This document shows, piece after piece, positions 1-9,224 of a stretch of 64,000 nucleotides of DNA. The notes under the pieces are model-generated. The model saw only the letters and a program-made list of their open reading frames with translations, ran no database searches and was not told the DNA's origin. Position 1 is the stretch's first letter, and each line of letters begins with the position of its first letter. The stretch is from Planctomycetota bacterium (GTDB lineage: Bacteria > Planctomycetota > SZUA-567 > H5-PLA8), in the NCBI GenBank assembly GCA_038227875.1, contig JBBRPR010000034.1:22478-86477 (forward strand), written 5' to 3'. The translations under genes and the position numbers were made by a program.

Positions 1-3000
1 AGCGTCAGCACGCCGCTGTTGTTGACGAGTGCTCCGGTGGCCAACGTTTTGAGCTGATTGTTGGTCAGCGTCGCGGAACCGCCGTTGCCGGTCTGTGTTA
101 CGCCGAGGTAATCGGTGAAACTCGGGGCGAATTGCACGCCGATTCCGGCGACCGACGCGGAGACCGAGTTCAACGTCGCGTTGAACTGTGTCGCCGACGT
201 GCCCTTTGCCACCGCAAGACCGGTGTCGAGACCCGTCAAGATGTTGCCATTGGCCGTCAGCGTCGCCGGGAAATCGCCTCCGGGCGGCACGATGGACGAG
301 GCCAGCAGACCCACTCCGCCTGTGGCAAACGGACTGATCGTGTTGCTCGACACCGTCGCGCTGCCACCGAATACCGCAATGCCGTAAGAGGTGGACTTGA
401 CGGTATTGGACGTCACTTGCGACGTGGTCGTGGCGGGCTGTTCGATCACCGCGCCGTACGTGTTGTTGCTCAGTGTATTGAACGAGATCACATCGCCGGC
501 GGTCGATGCGGACGCGCGGGAGAGCGCGCCGACGATGCAGCCGGAGATTGTGTTGCCTGCGCCGGTTCCACCGACGACGACCGTGGCACCCGCGGGAGAC
601 GACGCGACGAGCACGCCGATCGCCGCGCTGGAGACGGTGTTCTTCGTGATCGTGGCCGTACCGTTGGAGATCGAGATGCCCGCCGCGCCGCTGGCCACGG
701 CGCCGCCGATTGTCTTGATCGTACAGTTGTTTACCGTCGTTGCGCCATTCGCGGAGGAATTCTTGACGCCGCTATTCTTGAGATTTTGAATCGTGAGGCT
801 GTCAACCACGATAGCCGTCAGATTGGCCGCGCCGTTGGTGTTGATGCCGTTGAGGGCCGTCGTCAGACCGTCGACAGTCAGGTTCTGAATGCTGATCGTG
901 TCGTGGGTCAGCGTGAAGACGTCGCCCGCCGCCGCTTTGACCGTCGTGTTGGCCGCGCCGTTACCGAGGATCGTCAGCGCCTTGGGCACCGTCACATTTT
1001 CCGTGTAGGTTCCGTTCAGGACGTGGACGGTGTCGGTGGCAGACGCCGCGGTGACGCTTGATTGAATGTCACTGCGAACGATGACGAATCCGCTTTCATC
1101 GTTGACCAGCGCATCGCCCCCTCCATTGCCGGTGCCGTACACCGCGCGGTCCAGCGTGTTGAGGGGCAGCAATGCCTTCAGATTTGTGGCATCGAGAGCG
1201 GCGATGGTATCCCCGGAAATGACCAGCGCGCTGACGGTGTCGATCAGGTTGAGCTGCCGCAGATTGTTGACGAATGTGTTGCCGGTCAGGGTGGTGATGT
1301 CCAAACTGCCGCCATACGTGGGCTGAATGATCACGGCGTCCGCACAACCTGAGAAGGTGTTGCCCTGAACCAGTGTGTTGTTCGTGGCCACGTTCAAGCC
1401 GCTGGTCGCTCCGAGGATCACATTCTGCTGAATTCCCGCTCCGCCGCCGAATGCGCCGACGATTCCGGAACTCGAGTGGACAATGAGATTGTCCGAAACC
1501 GACGCGATCGCGTTGCCGCCGGACGTCTGCGCGGACGCGGTGGCGGTGCCGTTGGCGGTGGTGCTGTTGCCGGTGAACGCATTTTCGGTGGCGACGTAGG
1601 TAAACGTGGCGGCGTTTGGAACATTGATGCCGTACGTGTTGGCGTCCGTCGACGCGCTGTAGTCGAGCACGGAGTTTTGAACCGTCAGCGATGTAACCGC
1701 GGCGGTGTTGGTGATGCCCTGGTTGAACCCGCCGGAACCGGACGCGGGCAGTACGATGCGGACACCGTCGATCACGACCGTCGGCGACGTGACATTGACG
1801 ACAGCACCGAATCCCGTGGCACCGGCGATAATCGTCTCATTCGCGACCGGGCGAACCGTCGACGCCGTGGTCGGAGCCGGGCCGGCGGGATTGACGTAGC
1901 CGGGAACGCCAGCCTGCTCGCCTTTCAGCGTCATTGCCTTATTAAGGGTGATGTTTTCCGAATATGTCGCCTTTGCGACGTAGCAGGTGTAGGTCGGCTG
2001 GCACGCGGTGATGCCGCTGGCGATCGTGGTGAATGCGTCGACGCCAATGATGTGCGGCGAACCGGGAACGGGGTCGTTGGCAAACGTGACGCTCGTGCCG
2101 TTGGCCAGCGCATTGTAATTGGTTTTGTCGACAAACGTGTTCGTCACCGGGAGGATCGTCAGCAGCAGGTTGTTGGCGTCGGAGGTGTAATCGAGCTTGT
2201 AGGTGAAGCCGACGTCGTTGATCACCGTGACGTTTTTGAATACGCCACTGACCGAATTGTACGTCGCGATGCTGACCGGACCGCCGGCGGCGATGAGTCC
2301 GTTGAAGTCCAGCACCAGCGTCGACGTTCCACCGAGAGTCAGCGTGTGGCCGGTCAAATCGAGCTGACCGAAGTCCGTGCCCGCGGTCGCGCTCGTAACT
2401 TTCTTCACGCGCAGCGTCAGCACGCCGCCGACGCTCACGTTGGTGTCGCCACCGGCGAGAACGCCCAGTTCCGATGCGCCGACGCCCGGAGTAATCCTGC
2501 CACCGGTTTGCGTCGTGATTGAGCCGGTAATCGGTCCGGTGCCGCTCAGCAGACCGCTGCCGCCGATGGTCACGTTGGACGACAGGGAGCCGTCGACTTC
2601 GAGCGTACCTGCACTGATCGTGGTAGTACCGGAATAGGTGTCGGTGCCGGAATAGATCAACGTACCCGCGCCGATTTTCGTGACGTTGCCTGTCGTACCG
2701 GAGAGCGAGCCGACGATGGCCGAAGCGGACGCGACATTCAACTGGACGTCGCGCGTCAGCGTGGCCGCGCCGAAGGAGCGGGCGCCGCTGGCGAGCGAAA
2801 CCACGGCGTTGGTCGACGCGACCAGCAAACCGTCGGAGAGCTTGGCCACGGCCGCGCCGGTTTGATTTAAATCGACCGCCGGGGCAGTGACGCCCGCCGA
2901 TCCAGTCAGGTCTGATCCGATGTCGAGAATAAACTTATCCGTTGTTGCCGTCGTCAGGTCGCCGGCGCCGGTGAAGAACAGCGCTTTGCTGATCGTCACC

Positions 3001-6000
3001 GTTTCGTGATAACCCGATCCGCCTGCGCCATTGACGATGACATTGCCTGCCGGCGCAACCGCGGCGACACCCTGTGTAATGGTGGCGAAACTGTCGTATA
3101 GGAAACGGGCGGTTGCCGGCGGCGGAACTCCCGGCGCGGTGGACGTGGTCGGCGCTGCGCCCGCTGTGGTTCCGGCGAATAGCGGATCCACGTACACGGG
3201 CGACGGCGGGGGCACCGTCACCTGGAGCGATACATTTCCCGAGCCCACGGGATAGCTGACGAGACCGGTCGTACCGGCGATGCCGTTGATGAATGAGAGT
3301 CCGCCCGTGAACGTGCCAGACTTGGTCGCGGCGACCAGGATCGCGGCCGTGCCGCTCTGGTACATGTTGGTCGCGTTGACAGCCAGCGCGGAGTCCAGCG
3401 TCAAGCTGCCGGTCAGCGACAACTGGTCGAAATCCGTGCCGGCAACCGAGAAATTCTTGATCTTCACGAGCAGCTTCGCGCCGCTTTGGAGCGTCACGTT
3501 GCCGCCGTGGAGAATGCCGTAGCTCGTCGGCGTTCCCGGAGCCAGCGTGCCACCACTCGTGACAAGAATGTCGCGATTAATTGTGCCGTCGCCGCCCAAC
3601 GTGGCGTTCGAATTGACCGACACAGCGCCACCACCGATCGTAAGCGACCCGGGCGAATTGATCAACAGGGTACCGGCGCTGACGTTCGTCGCGCCCAAAT
3701 AAGTGTCCGTTCCCGAAAGGGTCAGCGTGCCCGGCCCCGCTTTCACCAGGACGATCGACGGACTGGCGTTACTGATCGAACCACTAATCACGGGCGACTG
3801 ACCAGCGTTCACACTGAACGTCACCTGCTTGTACAACGCGAACCCAGCGGCATCATAAGGCCCGGTTCCCGTGTTGATCAGAATGGTGCCGAGCGGCGCC
3901 ACACAATTCAGCGCCGTATTTACGTCTGAGAACGTTGTTCCCACACTGGGGACACTGCTGTCAACGGTCACGCTGTTGGGCTGGGTCACGTGGACGACAA
4001 TCTTGTCCGTGAACGACGTGGTATCGACCGCGACGTTGTAGCGGAAGTTATTGTTGAGGATATGGATGTTGGCCGGAGCGAACACGCCGGAGAGATTTCC
4101 GGTGGGATATTTAATGATGTTTGCATCGCCGGGCGTGTCTTTCGGGAGCGCGTTGAGGTCGATGTTCAGGATGGAAGTGGTGTCGAGCTTAACCATGCCA
4201 CCGCCGGTAACAATTACTTGATCGTAATCCGTGCCAGCGGTCGTGAATCCCTGAATTTCAACATCCAACTGCCCGTTGTTGGTCAGGTCGTAGTCTCCAT
4301 TGAAGGTTTGTGTGGAGGGACTGTTTCCCGGTGAATTCGCCCCGTTGCCGAACGCGTGGAATCCGCCGTTGATCAAGCCAAATCCGCCAACAACGCTTCC
4401 CGCTCCGGAAACCGTTACACCCGATGCCGAGGCGAACGCTGTGGCGCTATTGACCTTGAGCGTACCACCAGTCACATTGACCACACCTGTGTAGCCGCCA
4501 GTACCGATGAATTCGATCGCGCCTGGACCGGCAATTCCCACGGGACCCGTGCCCGTGAAGGGGCCGGTGAATGTGACGACGTCCGTGGCAACAGGGACGG
4601 CGAAGGTAAAGGCCATGGACGCGTTTACGCCGCCATACGTTCCACCCGACATGGAAATTGTTCCACCGGGTGTCAGCGCCACAATAGCCGCTGAGAATGT
4701 AGGGAAGGCGTCGTATCCGATCCAATGTGGATTGGGATCGCCCGGCAGGTAAACGAGTGTGCCGGTTGTAAATCCCGCCCACGCGCTGCTGATCGCCAGA
4801 CTGCTGGAACTGACCGCAAAACTCTTGACCGTCGCCTGTCCTACTCCATTGTTGGAATCGGTAACAGCAATGACGACAGTGAAATTGCCGCGGGATGCGT
4901 AGGTGTGCGATACCTGGTTCGCACCAGAGGTGACTGCAATGTTTGAATCGACATTGCCGTCGCCCCAATTGACGGAGGCCGTATACGTTTCCACCGCACT
5001 GCCGGGGTCGGAGAATGAAAAGTTCAGGATCGTCGGCGATCCGATTGCCGCCTGGAAGTCCGATGCGACAACCGTCGGCGGGTTATTTGGAACATTAATG
5101 GTAATTGTTGCGGGCGGCGAATCGGCAATACCGTCATTCGCGACGAAGACGAAACTGTCCGCCTCAAACGCGACATGTGCCGGTGTGTAGGTCAGGGCAG
5201 GTGCAGTCCCGCTAAGGGAGCCCCTGGCTGGCGACTGAATCACGCGATATGAGAGTTGGCGCGGACCGTTGTCCGCATCTGTTGCCGTCAGAGTTACCGG
5301 GAGTGGCTGCGCCGCAGCTCCTTCGGAATACGTAAACGTCTGACTATCGGCAACAGGAACGGTATTGGGGACAAGTGTTAGTCCAAAAGGTTGCACCAGG
5401 AAGTTCTGCGAGGATAGAACGGTCTGCGCCTGCGTTGCGGGATTGATTCTGACGATCGATGCACTTCCAGCGCTGGCGGTGACAATCTTGCCCGCGGAAT
5501 CAACGGCGATCGACGTGGGTCCCACGATCGATCCGTCAACTCCGACTCGTGTTTGATTGCCCGCGGAATCCAGTTTCAAGACGAGGTTGGGCAAGGTGGG
5601 CTGATTGCCAAATAACTGCGCAACGTCGGAAATATATACGTTGCCACTGGTATCCAAGGCAATCCCGAGCGGTAGCGTGATGTCTCCGCCACTGGCAAAG
5701 GTGGCAGGATTTCCGCCGCTGGGTATCTTCACGACAACGCTTGGTTCTCCCTGTCCAAAGAAGAAAAGCCCATTGTTGATATAGATGTCGCCGTTGGCGG
5801 CTTCCGCGACGCCTGTCGCCAGAACATGTCCACCGGGAAGCACATTGCCAGCCGGTGTTCCATTCGCATTGTATCGGTTCACGCCTGCGGTGCCATCGGC
5901 CACGAGGAACGATCCGCTTGCTTCGGCAAACATCCCCAAGGGCATGCTGAGTCCTGTGGTAACAAGGGGAGTTTGCTGACCTGTCGCCGGATCAACGCGA

Positions 6001-8810
6001 ATAATCGAAGGGACGTTGTTATTTTGGGTGGATACCAAAAGGGTGCCGCTGGCTTCAAACGTGATGGATTGAGCATTGGACAGACCCGTCGCAATCTTGA
6101 ACTGATTTCCCGTAACTGGATCGATCAGAATTACCGCCGCGGCTTGCGAATCGGCCACAAAAATATCGCCTGGCGTTACTTTCGGGACTATCGTGACGGT
6201 AAATGTCCCCGGTGTGGCTGCGGCACCCAGTGCGTCCACCACATTAAACATGAAAGAATCCGTGCCGAATTCGTATGGGGAAGGCGTGTAAGTAAAGGTT
6301 CCATTCGCATTCACATTTGCACTGCCACGCGAACCATTGGTCTTGAGTGAAAAAGTTAGCTGCTGAGCCGGAAGGTCGGGATCGGTTGCCGCAAGCGTTC
6401 CATTGAGAGCAACACCTTGCGTGGTGCTGCCAGAGCCATTGATCGCGGTAGGAGGCTGGTTCTGGACGTTCAGGGTGAACACTCCGTCCGCCGTGGCGAA
6501 TCCGTCCGTCACATGAAATACAAACGAGTCCTGTTGCGGCGTGCCGGGCGCAACGTACGTGAACTGCCCCTGCGCATTCGTGGATACCGAGCCGGCTTGT
6601 GGCTGATCGACCGTGTACGTGAGAGTCTGGCCGCCAGGCTGCTGGAAGACCTTATCTGGATCGGTTGCAGAGAGCGTACCATTGTACGTTGCGCCGAGCC
6701 CGACGTTCGCATTTCCGTTGTTCGCAACCGGAGGCCGATTGACGAACGTGATGGTTATTGGAACTGTAAACGTTGTAAATCCATTATCACCGGCCACGAA
6801 TCCCTGAGAGTTCTTGATGCTGATTTGAAAATCGTCCACCAACTCGCCGCTGACATCCGTCACGTCGTCGGTTGCATAGGAAATAATCTGATCGTCGATA
6901 TCCTGCTGGGTGAAGGTGTCGCCGGGTGCGAGTGCGGTCGTGTTCTTGCGCAGTTTTCCATTACGCGCGCCATTAATGAACGTATAGGTAATCTGGGCAT
7001 CGGCACCCCCGGAGGAATCCGTCGTCAGCAGTGCGGTGTTGCTGAAATTCACGCTGGAGCGCTGATTCAGCGACACCCCCGTGTTGATGGCCAATTTCAC
7101 AGTCCGATTGATGGCGAATTTGAACGTGAAGGTAGTGCCTGTGACGGTACCCGTGCTCGCCATCGCTCCATACGGGTCGGAGACGCTGAATTTAAACCCA
7201 TCGCTCTGCTGGCCGGTATTGTCGGTTTCCGTATAGGAAATAATACCGCCATCAATATCGTCCTGCGTGAACGTGCCGCCGACGGATACCGCCGCGTTAT
7301 TCTTCTTCAATACGCCGTATTGGGGCAGTCCTCCAGAAAGAATTGTATAAACAATATTTGTGGAGGTGAATCGAGTATCCGTCGCTTGCAGGTTTGATGA
7401 TGGGACGACGACAGTCGCGGTCTGATTAACCGGCAAAGTGACGTTGGTCGCCACTTGCAAATACAGATTGATATTAATTGGAAAGGTGAACGTAGTGTGC
7501 CCTTGATCGATTGCAAACCCACCGCCTGGATCGGTCACTCCGAATTGGAATCCGTCGTGTGTCTGTCCGGATGTATCGGTTTCCGTGTATGTGATCCTAT
7601 TGTTGTTAATATCGTCTTGCGTGAAGGTGCTGCCGGCAATAAGCGGGGCGCCGCTATTCTTGAGAGATCCGTACGCCACGGATCCACCACCAGTACCAGT
7701 AGGAATCGTATAAATAATCTGCGTTGGCGGATAAAGTGAATCCGACGCGCTCAGAAGTGTATTCGTAATCGTAACAGTCTGCGTCTGATCGACAGTCACA
7801 CCTCTATTTTCTTGAAGTTTGAGCGCAGGCGTAACAACCACTGGAATTGAAAATGAACTCGTGGCACCATCGGCATCGAGAACCGATACGGTTACGGTTG
7901 TGCTTGCACTTTGATTCAGCGCTGGCGTCATCGTCAGCGTGTAGTTTCCAGATCCAAGGTTGGTCAAGCTGAGACTGCCATTGGGAAACAGGGTTGTATC
8001 GACAGCGCTGACGGAAGTCACAAGGCTGCCTGTGGCCGTTTCATTGTCGCTCACCGAAAACGGCAGTGCTGTCGACGATTGGTTTCCCGGAATTACGACC
8101 GTCTGAGTATTGTCGAAGCCTGGCGTCAGCGTTGGCGCAGTATTTACGTAGTACAGACCACCGGTTACATCCGACGTAGTTGCTCCAAGGTTATTGTTAT
8201 TGGCATAGTCATACGTCCCAATACCAAAGGACGTAAATCGCATATTTACTTTGTAACTAAATGTTGTTCCGTCGATGATGCGGACAGCTCCGCCCACACT
8301 CGCTTGCAGCCCTACAGTCGTTGGGTCAATTAGCTTGACTGGATTGTTGTTTTGATCCGTGATGGTAGCCGTGAAGGTAACGGGAACTGTTGGGGAACCG
8401 ACGATAGTTGCTGTAAATACCAGAACTCCGCCATTCAAAGATGAACTGCCTGGCACAAAAACAAGTGTCTGATTGTTTCCGAAAATACCCAGTTGAATTG
8501 AATTAGGTACAAAAGCCCAGTAGACCTGCCCACCGTCTTTGTCCGCCAGCTTAACATTTGAAAACGTCCAATTCTGGCCGCCCTTAGCAATCGCGCCACC
8601 CGACTGCCCATTAATGACCGGAGCCGAAACAAACGTCACGCCTCCAGGCGGTTGAACTGGGAAGATGAAAGGCCCTGTCGCAGTCAAACCCCACGCTGCG
8701 TTTGGAATGCAAGCAAGCAAAAGGAGCGCGGCCAGCAGCGCGTTTGTCGCACGACTGTTTCGAATCAAATTAGACGCACCTCGTTGCTCGGAAATCTTCA
8801 AGGACTTCAT
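1..8810 (-). CDS. Giant secreted multidomain surface protein/adhesin, 3'-partial (>2,936 aa): signal peptide, 3x CSPG/cadherin-like, Big_9/VCBS-like Ig repeats, NHL-like beta-propeller, PKD-like, autotransporter-associated beta-strand modules, right-handed beta-helix
   Basis: Manual translation of the minus strand from ATG at 8810 gives MKSLKISEQRG...ALLAALLLLACIPNAAWG. The same frame is open at the window edge (...GALVNNSGVLT). Motifs: TFTQDDINNNRITY-type x3, DSFVFHVTDG, PLGIALDTSGNVYISD, VNWGDG...HTYASRG, GTLTLSGTDTYLGATNVSAGTLLIN, GTYTENVTVPKALTILG. Missing from the ORF track because there is no stop in the window. Confidence 0.9.
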   Translation of the reverse strand, partial: MKSLKISEQRGASNLIRNSRATNALLAALLLLACIPNAAWGLTATGPFIFPVQPPGGVTFVSAPVINGQSGGAIAKGGQNWTFSNVKLADKDGGQVYWAFVPNSIQLGIFGNNQTLVFVPGSSSLNGGVLVFTATIVGSPTVPVTFTATITDQNNNPVKLIDPTTVGLQASVGGAVRIIDGTTFSYKVNMRFTSFGIGTYDYANNNNLGATTSDVTGGLYYVNTAPTLTPGFDNTQTVVIPGNQSSTALPFSVSDNETATGSLVTSVSAVDTTLFPNGSLSLTNLGSGNYTLTMTPALNQSASTTVTVSVLDADGATSSFSIPVVVTPALKLQENRGVTVDQTQTVTITNTLLSASDSLYPPTQIIYTIPTGTGGGSVAYGSLKNSGAPLIAGSTFTQDDINNNRITYTETDTSGQTHDGFQFGVTDPGGGFAIDQGHTTFTFPININLYLQVATNVTLPVNQTATVVVPSSNLQATDTRFTSTNIVYTILSGGLPQYGVLKKNNAAVSVGGTFTQDDIDGGIISYTETDNTGQQSDGFKFSVSDPYGAMASTGTVTGTTFTFKFAINRTVKLAINTGVSLNQRSSVNFSNTALLTTDSSGGADAQITYTFINGARNGKLRKNTTALAPGDTFTQQDIDDQIISYATDDVTDVSGELVDDFQISIKNSQGFVAGDNGFTTFTVPITITFVNRPPVANNGNANVGLGATYNGTLSATDPDKVFQQPGGQTLTYTVDQPQAGSVSTNAQGQFTYVAPGTPQQDSFVFHVTDGFATADGVFTLNVQNQPPTAINGSGSTTQGVALNGTLAATDPDLPAQQLTFSLKTNGSRGSANVNANGTFTYTPSPYEFGTDSFMFNVVDALGAAATPGTFTVTIVPKVTPGDIFVADSQAAAVILIDPVTGNQFKIATGLSNAQSITFEASGTLLVSTQNNNVPSIIRVDPATGQQTPLVTTGLSMPLGMFAEASGSFLVADGTAGVNRYNANGTPAGNVLPGGHVLATGVAEAANGDIYINNGLFFFGQGEPSVVVKIPSGGNPATFASGGDITLPLGIALDTSGNVYISDVAQLFGNQPTLPNLVLKLDSAGNQTRVGVDGSIVGPTSIAVDSAGKIVTASAGSASIVRINPATQAQTVLSSQNFLVQPFGLTLVPNTVPVADSQTFTYSEGAAAQPLPVTLTATDADNGPRQLSYRVIQSPARGSLSGTAPALTYTPAHVAFEADSFVFVANDGIADSPPATITINVPNNPPTVVASDFQAAIGSPTILNFSFSDPGSAVETYTASVNWGDGNVDSNIAVTSGANQVSHTYASRGNFTVVIAVTDSNNGVGQATVKSFAVSSSSLAISSAWAGFTTGTLVYLPGDPNPHWIGYDAFPTFSAAIVALTPGGTISMSGGTYGGVNASMAFTFAVPVATDVVTFTGPFTGTGPVGIAGPGAIEFIGTGGYTGVVNVTGGTLKVNSATAFASASGVTVSGAGSVVGGFGLINGGFHAFGNGANSPGNSPSTQTFNGDYDLTNNGQLDVEIQGFTTAGTDYDQVIVTGGGMVKLDTTSILNIDLNALPKDTPGDANIIKYPTGNLSGVFAPANIHILNNNFRYNVAVDTTSFTDKIVVHVTQPNSVTVDSSVPSVGTTFSDVNTALNCVAPLGTILINTGTGPYDAAGFALYKQVTFSVNAGQSPVISGSISNASPSIVLVKAGPGTLTLSGTDTYLGATNVSAGTLLINSPGSLTIGGGAVSVNSNATLGGDGTINRDILVTSGGTLAPGTPTSYGILHGGNVTLQSGAKLLVKIKNFSVAGTDFDQLSLTGSLTLDSALAVNATNMYQSGTAAILVAATKSGTFTGGLSFINGIAGTTGLVSYPVGSGNVSLQVTVPPPSPVYVDPLFAGTTAGAAPTTSTAPGVPPPATARFLYDSFATITQGVAAVAPAGNVIVNGAGGSGYHETVTISKALFFTGAGDLTTATTDKFILDIGSDLTGSAGVTAPAVDLNQTGAAVAKLSDGLLVASTNAVVSLASGARSFGAATLTRDVQLNVASASAIVGSLSGTTGNVTKIGAGTLIYSGTDTYSGTTTISAGTLEVDGSLSSNVTIGGSGLLSGTGPITGSITTQTGGRITPGVGASELGVLAGGDTNVSVGGVLTLRVKKVTSATAGTDFGQLDLTGHTLTLGGTSTLVLDFNGLIAAGGPVSIATYNSVSGVFKNVTVINDVGFTYKLDYTSDANNLLLTILPVTNTFVDKTNYNALANGTSVTFANDPVPGSPHIIGVDAFTTIASGITACQPTYTCYVAKATYSENITLNKAMTLKGEQAGVPGYVNPAGPAPTTASTVRPVANETIIAGATGFGAVVNVTSPTVVIDGVRIVLPASGSGGFNQGITNTAAVTSLTVQNSVLDYSASTDANTYGINVPNAATFTYVATENAFTGNSTTANGTATASAQTSGGNAIASVSDNLIVHSSSGIVGAFGGGAGIQQNVILGATSGLNVATNNTLVQGNTFSGCADAVIIQPTYGGSLDITTLTGNTFVNNLRQLNLIDTVSALVISGDTIAALDATNLKALLPLNTLDRAVYGTGNGGGDALVNDESGFVIVRSDIQSSVTAASATDTVHVLNGTYTENVTVPKALTILGNGAANTTVKAAAGDVFTLTHDTISIQNLTVDGLTTALNGINTNGAANLTAIVVDSLTIQNLKNSGVKNSSANGATTVNNCTIKTIGGAVASGAAGISISNGTATITKNTVSSAAIGVLVASSPAGATVVVGGTGAGNTISGCIVGALSRASASTAGDVISFNTLSNNTYGAVIEQPATTTSQVTSNTVKSTSYGIAVFGGSATVSSNTISPFATGGVGLLASSIVPPGGDFPATLTANGNILTGLDTGLAVAKGTSATQFNATLNSVSASVAGIGVQFAPSFTDYLGVTQTGNGGSATLTNNQLKTLATGALVNNSGVLT

Positions 8811-9157
8811 TGGCGAACTCCAATTCAAGGTTCAATGTCGACGCCGATTGCAGCGCGTGACGCAGCAGCGCTATTCGCACTCGAAAACACGATTTCGCAG
8901 CGGTGCCAGGCAAGATGAAAAACATGTAAGTCTATTTGAATTCGGCGCGGGAGTATAACTGTATCGCGGAAAGGGGTCAAAACTTATTTCTAGATACCAC
9001 TCAAGTTTGTAAATCATTATCAGGTATACACATGCAACTACAACAAGGCAGTTTCTTCCGAGATTAACGCGTGGTGCTTTTTAATTATTTTACAGGTCTC
9101 TTGTGTTGCGTTTTCGTGAACTTTTGCTTCTACCTGATATAAGTCCAGACACCTTAA

Positions 9158-9173
9158 CGGCGCGCCTAGTGCA
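9158..9173 (+). promoter_or_regulatory. Possible sigma54 (-24/-12) promoter of the kinase-diguanylate cyclase gene
   Basis: CGGCGCGCCTAGTGCA has GG-N10-GC spacing, with 3 mismatches to TGGCACG-N4-TTGCW, about 50 nt upstream of ATG 9225. Confidence 0.3.
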
Positions 9174-9224
9174 GCGGCCGTTCAGGTGCGTTTATCCTTT
9201 CCTCTAACTGGTTACGAGAATAGT

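Noticed and set aside
8893..8909. TGGCAC on the minus strand upstream of the giant gene as a sigma54 promoter
   Set aside because: No GC at the required -12 position.
115..8958. Many short plus-strand ORFs in the track
   Set aside because: They are antisense shadows of the giant minus-strand gene and lack protein-like motifs.
8811..9224. c-di-GMP riboswitch in the adhesin/DGC intergenic region
   Set aside because: No GEMM-like motif recognised by eye; an Infernal/Rfam scan would be needed to exclude it.
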